Sequence record: LC727697.1
Length of the DNA stretch: 64,000 nucleotides
Strand: one strand, 5' to 3'
In this document: in pieces, positions 19,508-27,486 of the stretch
Layout: every line of letters begins with the position of its first letter
Numbering within the stretch: position 1 is the first letter of the stretch
Notes under the pieces: model-generated
Told to the model about the DNA's origin: nothing
The model's database searches: none
Seen by the model: only the letters and a program-made list of their open reading frames with translations
Translations under genes and position numbers: made by a program

Positions 19508-19582
19508 TTTTAATCTCCTTTACGCAAGATATAGTGTGAGCCCAATAAGGCACTCGTTGTATAGTATTCCTCATGGAATACT
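19508..19582 (-). promoter_or_regulatory. Three-hairpin 5' UTR, ROSE-like RNA thermometer candidate
   Basis: Hairpins at 19563-19582, 19538-19555 and 19514-19529; the last pairs UCUUGC with the GGAGA SD with a bulged G. Confidence 0.5.
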
Positions 19583-19590
19583 AATGTTAT

Positions 19591-20061
19591 TTATCTTTTA
19601 AATGTTGACTTATACGTTTCATATATAGCAGAATTGTTTTCGTGTTCCCATATTTCTATACTATGGACCCAACATCTTCCGCCAGAATGTTTTTCTATAA
19701 TGGGATTTAAATAGTCAAACAGATGCTTACATGAACCTTCTATTCCGGGACCATGGCCTTTTTTAACATCCATTATATTTAATTTAACTAGACCTTCTTG
19801 TTCCATTTGTTTAAGGATATTTAACTTGGGATCATCAGATGCAACTAAAACATTATGATCCCATTGTTCTTCCAACCATTTCCTAAAATCTTTCAATCCA
19901 CCAAAATCTACTACCCACATTTTATCATCTAATGTAGTAGCAGAAAAAACAATCTTCACTGTTCTTCCATAGCCGTGTATTCTACTGCAATGACCTGTAT
20001 CTTTCCATTGACGATGGCCAGTGGAAATAGGTCCAAATCTCTTAGTTGAAAAATATGCCAT
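19591..20061 (-). CDS. queD: QueD/PTPS-family T-fold protein (HGY variant)
   Basis: GHRQW...HCSRIHGY, VVDFGGLK, WEHENNSA. Confidence 0.85.
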   Translation of the reverse strand: MAYFSTKRFGPISTGHRQWKDTGHCSRIHGYGRTVKIVFSATTLDDKMWVVDFGGLKDFRKWLEEQWDHNVLVASDDPKLNILKQMEQEGLVKLNIMDVKKGHGPGIEGSCKHLFDYLNPIIEKHSGGRCWVHSIEIWEHENNSAIYETYKSTFKR

Positions 20062-20062
20062 A

Positions 20063-20398
20063 TTAAATTATTAATCCGCAATAAATGCATTTTTCTGCAT
20101 CTGTATTTGTATGATAATTAGTATTGTGATACACAAACTTATGATTGCAATACCGACGGATATACTGCATAGTTTTATCTATACAGATTATACGTTGTTC
20201 AAGTCTACTGCATTCGGATATAGCATCTTTATACGATTGGAGCTGTTCTATATCCATTTTTATGCTGGAAATAAGTAAAGAATCTGCAGGATCTGCAGGG
20301 ATGTCAACTTTATCCAATTGCCGTAGGCTATAATAGAGTTTATTCCTACGATTTCTGCAAAACATAAGTTCATTATTTAAAATCCTGCAAAGGTCCAT
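20063..20398 (-). CDS. Hypothetical protein with C-terminal CxH...CxxC
   Basis: YCNHKF...CIYCG. Confidence 0.65.
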   Translation of the reverse strand: MDLCRILNNELMFCRNRRNKLYYSLRQLDKVDIPADPADSLLISSIKMDIEQLQSYKDAISECSRLEQRIICIDKTMQYIRRYCNHKFVYHNTNYHTNTDAEKCIYCGLII

Positions 20399-20400
20399 TA

Positions 20401-20607
20401 TTATATTTTTTTCTTTTTCTGGCGTTGAATTGCTGCTTTTTTAGCTTTTGTCTTTTTTACAGAAGGCTTTTCATAGAATTCGCGTTCTCGAACTTCTTTT
20501 AATTTTCCTGAATTTTGAACCTTTTTAGTAAAAGTTCTAAGTGCTTGGTTAAAGTTATCGTGTCTTACTTCTACAGTAAGACCAGTAATTATATTAAATG
20601 TCTTCAT
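20401..20607 (-). CDS. rpsU: 30S ribosomal protein bS21
   Basis: FNQALRTFTKKV...REREFYEKPS and basic C-terminal helix. Confidence 0.92.
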   Translation of the reverse strand: MKTFNIITGLTVEVRHDNFNQALRTFTKKVQNSGKLKEVREREFYEKPSVKKTKAKKAAIQRQKKKKI

Positions 20608-21820
20608 TTTGCCCTTTTATGAAATTATGTTTTCCTAGTTCGTGTATAATAATCTTGCTAAACCCTTCTCGTCTTATAGAAGGCAATCTATATGCTATAC
20701 TAGATAGTTCTTTTTCTAAAATAGTTCTTAAACCACGAGCGCCTGTTTTCCTATTAAACGCTGTAGTAGCAACAGATTTTATAAAATCTTCATCGAATTC
20801 TAATTCAATGTTATCTAATTTAAACATAGTTTGATATTGTTTAAGTATAGAACTTTTAGGCTCTACTAGAATTCGACGAAGCATAGTCTCTGTTACATCA
20901 TGAAACGCAATAAGAACAGGAAATCTCCCTACAAATTCTCTTATAAAACCGTATGTATACAAATCTTCCGGTTCTACATAGAATAAACTACCTTCTATGG
21001 GTTTACCAGCTTCTGAACCAAATCCCATTTGAGATTTAGTAGAACTAAGTCTTTTATTTATTACTGCATCCAGTCCTATAAATGCGCCGCCAACTATAAA
21101 CAAAACGTTAGTTGTGTCAAACATAATTTCCTGCCTAGGACTAAACATACTGTTAGAATTTAGTTCTAATTTAATCGTTGTTCCTTCTAACACCCGAAGT
21201 AAAGACTGTTGAACACCCTCGCCGGAAACATCAGATCCTGCAGAATTTGTTCCTTTTTTAGAACGCTTCTTATCTATTTCATCTATAAATACGATTCCAC
21301 GTTGCGCTAGTTCTATGTCACCATTTGCTTCTGCGATTAATCTAGTAAATATAGTCTCTACATGATCGCCGACATATCCTGCCTCTGTTAGCGAAGTAGA
21401 ATCTACAGAAACAAAAGGTATGTTTAACAATTTAGATATACTAGATATTAAAAATGTCTTACCGCTGCCTGAAGGTCCCAGTAGCATTATGTTAGATTTA
21501 GATAACTCTACATCATGTTCAGTAGTGTTATAGTTTACCCGTTTATAATGATTATACACTGCTAGACTTAGTAATTCTTTTGCGTGATCTTGCCCTACAA
21601 TGTCTTTATCTAGCAATTCCTTTAGTTCTTCAGGTGTGTATTTTATTTCTAATTTATTAGATTCCCGATCATTTGTTTCAGCAGTTTCTAAAAAATTGTT
21701 GCACTGAGTTACACACTGGTCACATATATATACATTTGATCCATATTTAGCAGGGCTACGAAACAACTTAGACACATCATCTTTGCCTTTATTGCAATAA
21801 GAGCATGTTTCTTTCGACAT
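20594..21820 (-). CDS. clpX: ClpX ATP-dependent unfoldase
   Basis: C4 zinc-binding domain (CSYC...CDQC), GPSGSGKT, GYVG, DVSGEGVQQ, TGARGLR. Confidence 0.97.
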   Translation of the reverse strand: MSKETCSYCNKGKDDVSKLFRSPAKYGSNVYICDQCVTQCNNFLETAETNDRESNKLEIKYTPEELKELLDKDIVGQDHAKELLSLAVYNHYKRVNYNTTEHDVELSKSNIMLLGPSGSGKTFLISSISKLLNIPFVSVDSTSLTEAGYVGDHVETIFTRLIAEANGDIELAQRGIVFIDEIDKKRSKKGTNSAGSDVSGEGVQQSLLRVLEGTTIKLELNSNSMFSPRQEIMFDTTNVLFIVGGAFIGLDAVINKRLSSTKSQMGFGSEAGKPIEGSLFYVEPEDLYTYGFIREFVGRFPVLIAFHDVTETMLRRILVEPKSSILKQYQTMFKLDNIELEFDEDFIKSVATTAFNRKTGARGLRTILEKELSSIAYRLPSIRREGFSKIIIHELGKHNFIKGQNEDI

Positions 21821-21837
21821 TTATATCTACCTTTATA

Positions 21838-22356
21838 TTATGCAATATATGTTGCACAAGCTTTATCAGTTTCCCACCATTCTACTTTAGAAACAGTTAT
21901 ACCTTTTTGTTCTAAAATGCTTTCAGCATATTCCCAAATCCATTTAGCTAAATTTTCTGCAGTAGGAACAAAATCTACTATTACAAAACTATCTGCATGT
22001 TCCTTTTCGTGTTCTACTGTCTCTTCAGATGTATCGAATATTCCATAGTGCTCAAAACTTATAGTAGAATATTTAGATGCATTGGTTATCTTACTAAAAT
22101 TAGGATCGTTTGCATCTATAATAAACTTATGGTCGATTACGTCATCTATAAATTTTTTAAGAAAACCTAAATGCTTAAAATCAGTTACCATACCGTTTAC
22201 TAAAGAAGTTCCAGTTAAATGAATAACTATTTTACCTGTATGTCCGTGTAAATGCCTGCATTTGCATTTGGTGTCTTCAACTAAATCTGCATCTAAGTGT
22301 TGATTATGGACTCTGTGAGCATATGCAAAACTGAAACTTTTATTAATCTGCCACAA
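21838..22356 (-). CDS. queD: QueD (6-carboxytetrahydropterin synthase), long type
   Basis: AHRV...KCRHLHGH, DFKHL, DHKF, PTAENLA. Confidence 0.9.
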   Translation of the reverse strand: MWQINKSFSFAYAHRVHNQHLDADLVEDTKCKCRHLHGHTGKIVIHLTGTSLVNGMVTDFKHLGFLKKFIDDVIDHKFIIDANDPNFSKITNASKYSTISFEHYGIFDTSEETVEHEKEHADSFVIVDFVPTAENLAKWIWEYAESILEQKGITVSKVEWWETDKACATYIA

Positions 22357-22386
22357 TTTTATATTCCTTATTAATATGCTATGTGT

Positions 22387-22419
22387 AACTACTATGGATA
22401 GGTCCTATCCATAGTAGTT
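22387..22419. terminator. Hairpin with 16-bp arms and 1-nt loop between folE and queD
   Basis: AACTACTATGGATAGG-T-CCTATCCATAGTAGTT. Confidence 0.7.
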
Positions 22420-22423
22420 TTTG

Positions 22424-23113
22424 TTATTTTACAAGAGACATAAATTCTGCACGGGTGGCAGGATCGTTGCTAAATGCACCACTTAATTTAGAAGTTATCG
22501 TACTCGAACTTGTATCTTCTACACCCCTAGATTCCACACACAGATGCCTTCCGTTAATTAAAACAGCAACATCGTCTGTTTCCAGAATATACCGTAATGC
22601 ATGAAATATTTGCAATGTGAGTCGTTCTTGAACTTGAGGTCTCTTGCAGAAAAATTCTGCTACTCTATTTAATTTAGAGAGACCTATTACTTTATTTTTA
22701 GGAATATAAGCAACTGATATTCCGCCTCGACCGGAAGATGATCCAGAAATTATTGGTAAAATATGATGTTCGCACTGAGAATATAAATCTATATCTTTTA
22801 CTAAGACCATTTCATTTGCATTAAATTTATTTTCAATAGTGGTGCATTTAGGAAATGCCTCATAATCCAAGCCATAAAATATCTCAGATACATACATTTT
22901 TGCTACTCGACGAGGCGTTTCTGCAAGACTATCGTCGGAAAGATCCAACGCAAGTGCATTCATAATTTCAACAAAATGAGATTCAATTTTATCTATCCGC
23001 TCTTTAACGTTTAGAGTTTGCTCTTGCATAGGAGTTTCTACTCCTTGTTGGATTAAATATTGCTGTACTTTTTTGCCTAGTTCGGCATCAGTTTTAGTTT
23101 TGTTTAACGACAC
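22424..23113 (-). CDS. folE: GTP cyclohydrolase I
   Basis: TPRRVAKM, SQCEHH, GLSKLNR, RPQVQERLT, HLCVESRGV. Confidence 0.97.
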   Translation of the reverse strand: MSLNKTKTDAELGKKVQQYLIQQGVETPMQEQTLNVKERIDKIESHFVEIMNALALDLSDDSLAETPRRVAKMYVSEIFYGLDYEAFPKCTTIENKFNANEMVLVKDIDLYSQCEHHILPIISGSSSGRGGISVAYIPKNKVIGLSKLNRVAEFFCKRPQVQERLTLQIFHALRYILETDDVAVLINGRHLCVESRGVEDTSSSTITSKLSGAFSNDPATRAEFMSLVK

Positions 23114-23183
23114 GATTTCCTCCTGAAATCATTTTAGTTTGATAAGCAAAGTGCCGCCTGCACTTTGCTTTAATTATTTGTAT

Positions 23184-23212
23184 AGTATACTATACGTTTT
23201 CTTCCGTGTCAA
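23184..23212 (-). promoter_or_regulatory. sigma70-type promoter of folE
   Basis: TTGACA-N17-TATACT. Confidence 0.85.
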
Positions 23213-23261
23213 CCCAATGACAAAGATATTTAGATACGTTTTAACATCATTAACTACATAG

Positions 23262-23573
23262 TTAAAATAAATGCGGAATATAAGGCAACGGGGTTGTTTT
23301 AGGCATTGATACAATTGCATCTTTAATAGAATTAACTGTATTTTTTATCAATGATATGTCTGTTTGAATTTCATTTATGCGGGCACACATAGTAGTTAGC
23401 ATACTTAGCAAAGACTCAGATGTATATACATGATCTTCGCCTTTTAATTTATCCATTATATTTTCTTTTTCTAAAATGTCTATAATATCTGGCGTAGATA
23501 ATAATTGCTCTACTTTTTTTAAAGTTTCCACTACATCAACGATATCGTATGTTACATTGATCGGAGTTTTCAT
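23262..23573 (-). CDS. Hypothetical coiled-coil protein
   Basis: 103-aa ORF, TAATG overlap with thyA. Confidence 0.65.
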   Translation of the reverse strand: MKTPINVTYDIVDVVETLKKVEQLLSTPDIIDILEKENIMDKLKGEDHVYTSESLLSMLTTMCARINEIQTDISLIKNTVNSIKDAIVSMPKTTPLPYIPHLF

Positions 23574-24469
23574 TATATAGCCATCCTAGGTTTATTAGAA
23601 ACATCTGGATTACATTTGTAATTTTCTAGTTCTATATCTTCGAATTCAAGTGACAATATATCATCTAAAGTCTTTAAATCCTTTTTAATTATAAGTTTAG
23701 GTAAGTCATGCCAGGTCCTGGTTATTAATTCTTTTGCCATGTCCATTTGGTTGTTGTAAATATGGACATCCATTCCAGAATAGTATAATATTCCCGGTTC
23801 TATTCCGAGTACATTTGCTATAAAATGATTTAATAGAGAATAAAACATTATATTAGTGGGTGTACCGAAGCATATATCTTGACTTCTTGCAACAAAACTA
23901 CTATTTAATTTTCCATCAAGAATTTGATACTGATGATATAAATGACAACTAGGTAAGGCAGCATCATCTAATTGGGTAGGATTCCAGTGTAAAACAATGT
24001 GTCTTCTAGAGTGTGGATCCTTAGTTAAAGATTCTATTAAATTTTTTATCTGATCTATGCCAGTATTGTCAAGTTTACTGTAATCTGTGATTCCGTTTAC
24101 AGTAGAATAATGACCTCCAAAATTTCTCATCTGGAATCCATATCCTTTACCGATATGGCCTACTGGCAAATAATTTAATTTTCTACTATCTAAAAATTCT
24201 CTAGTAGTATTTCCTTCCCAGATGTTAATGTTTTTATTTTTTAAAATTGTAGAATCTACTTGCCCTCTTAGCATCCACATAAGTTCTTCAAACGCAATTC
24301 TCAATGATGCACGTCGTGAAGTTTGAATAGGAAATCCTTCCGTTAAGTTTATGTGCATATTTGCACCCCAAATGGCCCTGGATCCTATTCCGGTCCTATC
24401 ATCCCTATCTATACCTGTATCTAAAATAGTTTTAATTATGTTTAAATATTGCGGATCGTAATTATTCAT
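23573..24469 (-). CDS. thyA: Thymidylate synthase
   Basis: DRTGIG, EELMWMLRG, LPSCH, RSQD, FGTPTN, HIY. Confidence 0.95.
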   Translation of the reverse strand: MNNYDPQYLNIIKTILDTGIDRDDRTGIGSRAIWGANMHINLTEGFPIQTSRRASLRIAFEELMWMLRGQVDSTILKNKNINIWEGNTTREFLDSRKLNYLPVGHIGKGYGFQMRNFGGHYSTVNGITDYSKLDNTGIDQIKNLIESLTKDPHSRRHIVLHWNPTQLDDAALPSCHLYHQYQILDGKLNSSFVARSQDICFGTPTNIMFYSLLNHFIANVLGIEPGILYYSGMDVHIYNNQMDMAKELITRTWHDLPKLIIKKDLKTLDDILSLEFEDIELENYKCNPDVSNKPRMAI

Positions 24470-24789
24470 TATTTTTTAAGCTTGTTAAATGTTCTGTATT
24501 TTTGAATATAGTTCGAATTTATTATTTGTTTTGTTATAAAAACCAATACGTGTTGTAATACAATAATTGCCCAGAATGCAGTATATAATAACGGAATAAA
24601 ACAGAATAAAAATTGTCCTATTGCTAGCCAAAACCAATCGAACAGATGTTTGTTTATTTTTTCAGATAAAGTGTCTTCAGTTTCATCGTCAGCTATAATA
24701 TAAATCATCTTAATAAACGATACAATAACCACTATGGCAAAAACAACAAAATTAATTATTTGGCCATAGAACATAAAACTATCATTCAT
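24469..24789 (-). CDS. Small membrane protein
   Basis: Two or three hydrophobic segments. Confidence 0.65.
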   Translation of the reverse strand: MNDSFMFYGQIINFVVFAIVVIVSFIKMIYIIADDETEDTLSEKINKHLFDWFWLAIGQFLFCFIPLLYTAFWAIIVLQHVLVFITKQIINSNYIQKYRTFNKLKK

Positions 24790-25150
24790 ACAACTCCTTT
24801 CCTTTAAAAATTATTATATCTTTATTTTGACTTTTAGCTATATAGAAGCTGTGTTTTGTTCCTTTACTGACGCCATCCCAGAATGCAACACCAGAATGTG
24901 CGTTATCCCATATTTCTACATTTCTTTTGAAACCTGCAGATTTACCGTATTGTTTCCAGTCTGGTTTTATTTCTAGTAATGGTATATTATTTAAGTTTGC
25001 GTATATAGCAGCTATTTCATCGGGACTATTTTTACATCCGCCCGATACTATACCTTCGTACATATATTCTGTAAAAAGTGCATCCAATACCAAGAATATA
25101 AAGTCAGAATCTATGTACCCTCTACTGCCAACTACAGCCAAGTATTTCAT
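24782..25150 (-). CDS. SLOG/YspA-like (DUF2493-type) protein
   Basis: VVGSRG, VSGG, GKSAGFKRN, FWDGVSKGT. Confidence 0.85.
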   Translation of the reverse strand: MKYLAVVGSRGYIDSDFIFLVLDALFTEYMYEGIVSGGCKNSPDEIAAIYANLNNIPLLEIKPDWKQYGKSAGFKRNVEIWDNAHSGVAFWDGVSKGTKHSFYIAKSQNKDIIIFKGKELYE

Positions 25151-25908
25151 ATTGCTATAAATTTCTCTAATCTAATAACAGATTGTATATCCAATATTGC
25201 ACAACTAAGCTTACCTTCCGGTATTTTCCCGCACGACGTGTCCATAAAGATAGTCCTACCTTTATTATTGTTTACATGTATTACGGGGTGTGTTATTTTC
25301 TTTCCGTGAAAAGGTGCTCTATCGTGTCCTACTATACACCATTTACCCGAAGGGACATAATCCGTCCAACTATAAAGTCTAACGGGAAAGCCTGTATTAT
25401 CACGTTGACCATTGGTTTGACCGTACAGTAACATATACCTCTCGTACTTCGATACTGCTACAGGATAATCCCACATTGATTCTGCTACTGCACCGTGAGC
25501 AAATAACCAATTGTTTAAATATGCATAGTAGTATGCATTGCAATTGGTTATAATGTCTGTTATGCAATCGGAAAATTCAGAAATTAAATAATCGCCTATG
25601 CTTTCTAATGTAGATTGCTGTTGGTTACCCAACACAACTTCGTTGCCTTGCGCCCAGCGATAGAATTTGTCATCATGATTTCCTATAATTAATGCACCGC
25701 AGTTACTCTCTATTACCGATTTTACCATTAATAGAGTTTCCATAGGTTTTGCATTAACTACACCGTCGACTAAATCGCCGAGAAATACAACAAACATGTC
25801 ATGTTTAGTTGCATAGTCTAACGCTTGTTTTAGTTTGTCAGCTGCCGAATGAATATCACTAATAACTAGCATTTTCGAATAGCCTGAAGTACAGTGTGCT
25901 AAGTTCAT
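25147..25908 (-). CDS. Calcineurin-like metallophosphoesterase
   Basis: SDIH, LGDLVD, GNHD, AHG, GH, DTSC motifs. Confidence 0.9.
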   Translation of the reverse strand: MNLAHCTSGYSKMLVISDIHSAADKLKQALDYATKHDMFVVFLGDLVDGVVNAKPMETLLMVKSVIESNCGALIIGNHDDKFYRWAQGNEVVLGNQQQSTLESIGDYLISEFSDCITDIITNCNAYYYAYLNNWLFAHGAVAESMWDYPVAVSKYERYMLLYGQTNGQRDNTGFPVRLYSWTDYVPSGKWCIVGHDRAPFHGKKITHPVIHVNNNKGRTIFMDTSCGKIPEGKLSCAILDIQSVIRLEKFIAI

Positions 25909-25940
25909 GTTTATTCATCCAGTTGTACTAATATAGTTAC

Positions 25941-25969
25941 ATTATACAACTGTTGTAGTAGAAAGTCAA
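25941..25969 (-). promoter_or_regulatory. sigma70-type promoter
   Basis: TTGACT-N17-TATAAT. Confidence 0.8.
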
Positions 25970-26181
25970 TGTCTATAAATATTACTGTCAGGGATAGAAA
26001 AGTATAACATAAACATAAGTGCATCACTTTCTTCAAAGAACGCAAAAGTAATACATATTCTGTAATTTTCACTATCATACGACGACATGATATAATAATC
26101 TGCAGGACTAACGTTCTCAGAACACCACAACATCATGTCGCGTTTATTTTCATCTAGTATAGGTATTTGGATTTTAACCAT
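25966..26181 (-). CDS. Small protein, WCxEN paralog family
   Basis: LWCSENV...FAFFEESDALMFMLYF. Confidence 0.75.
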   Translation of the reverse strand: MVKIQIPILDENKRDMMLWCSENVSPADYYIMSSYDSENYRICITFAFFEESDALMFMLYFSIPDSNIYRH

Positions 26182-26398
26182 TTAGTCTCTTTTCAGACGT
26201 AGAAATAAACGAATTAAGCTTTTTTGCTACTTCTATTACTTCATCTGCCGAAATGTCTATACATTCTGTTATGACAACACTTCCAGACGAATGTATGCTT
26301 TTACTTATATAATCTGCTTGTTTTTTATCTCTTACGATTTTATAAGCAAGTTCTAAAATATTAAGTCTAATTTCGTACGGTGTTTTACTAGCAGACAT
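26174..26398 (-). CDS. Small hypothetical protein (KTPYEIRL motif)
   Basis: AGGAG RBS, CTAAATA late motif at 26433-26439. Confidence 0.75.
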   Translation of the reverse strand: MSASKTPYEIRLNILELAYKIVRDKKQADYISKSIHSSGSVVITECIDISADEVIEVAKKLNSFISTSEKRLNG

Positions 26399-26439
26399 TT
26401 TTTTCTCCTTGTGTGTTTGTGTCTAGTTAATGTATTTAG

Positions 26440-27462
26440 TTAACGCATTTTCTTTAATCCGGGACTATATTGATTCTGATACATAGTCATTACCCTAGTA
26501 GCAGACGTTTCGCCGGTCCTTGCGTATGCGATGTGTATCCAAGGCATGTTGCCATGCTCCCATATAAGTTGTTTGTACGGGACATTATCTTTTACCCACA
26601 AAACCATTTGCCATAATTGATCATACGACTTTCCTGGCCATTGTAAATCGGCAGCAAAACCCTTTTCGTGATCAGACTTACCGTTTTGTACATTCCTGAA
26701 ACCGGAATTTATTCTAGCTCCCGGATATTGTGCTATAATAGGTTCTAAGCAATGCTCTGCTAAACTTTTAAGATTACATACTATTTCATTTACAGTTAGA
26801 CCACGTTGTGCTTTTATAGCATGAGGAAATGTGGCTTTTATAGATAAATCCCCTATTGTAAAATTAGGACTTAATCTAATAGAATAATCTATGCTACCTG
26901 TTATGACCGGACATTCAGTGGGTATCGGTGGACGTGCCGGGGGAATATTATTATTTTCATCTACAGGAGGTTTAGATATGGGCGGCGGTGGTGTTGTTTG
27001 GGGTAGGGGAGGATAATGTCCTCCCCCTGAATTTGTTTCATATTCGTCTGCAATAGGATCGCCTTCCTGATAATCTAAAGGACCGCAAGGAAGAATTCCT
27101 ACTGCGTTGATATATTCATTCTGGTCTTTAGGTAATATTACATCATCTACTATTATAGGATCAGTGTTGCCGTTATTAATAAAAACGTTAGGACTACCCT
27201 GAGCTGCCAACGAAGTGCAACCGACTAAATCGCCTAGCCTAGCAGCAGGAAGATTATTTACCCAGACGTTAGGGGATCCTACTGCCATCGTACTATTGTG
27301 ACAGGACCCGGCGGGACTGCAATGCACATCCCACTTATCTGTTACTCGGTGTTCTGGCAAATTATTCACGAATACGTTAGGACTACCCTGAACATTCGGG
27401 CGCGGCGGATATCCAATTTGATGACCGCTACATATATCCCCTAATCTTACTGCTTCTGGCAT
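26440..27462 (-). CDS. PAAR spike-tip domain fused to peptidase M15
   Basis: PEAVRLGD/PAARLGD repeats with His/Cys ligands; Pro-rich linker; SGFR, SDHEKGFAADL, WIHIAY. Confidence 0.9.
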   Translation of the reverse strand: MPEAVRLGDICSGHQIGYPPRPNVQGSPNVFVNNLPEHRVTDKWDVHCSPAGSCHNSTMAVGSPNVWVNNLPAARLGDLVGCTSLAAQGSPNVFINNGNTDPIIVDDVILPKDQNEYINAVGILPCGPLDYQEGDPIADEYETNSGGGHYPPLPQTTPPPPISKPPVDENNNIPPARPPIPTECPVITGSIDYSIRLSPNFTIGDLSIKATFPHAIKAQRGLTVNEIVCNLKSLAEHCLEPIIAQYPGARINSGFRNVQNGKSDHEKGFAADLQWPGKSYDQLWQMVLWVKDNVPYKQLIWEHGNMPWIHIAYARTGETSATRVMTMYQNQYSPGLKKMR

Positions 27463-27486
27463 ATGAACTCCTGTATTTTAATTTAT

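Noticed and set aside
23113-23175. preQ1 riboswitch upstream of folE (AAACUAA tail present)
   Set aside because: The stem is 11 bp with a 5-nt loop and lacks the conserved preQ1-I loop needed to pair with the tail
26925-27015. G/C-run low-complexity stretch
   Set aside because: It encodes the proline-rich linker of the PAAR-M15 fusion
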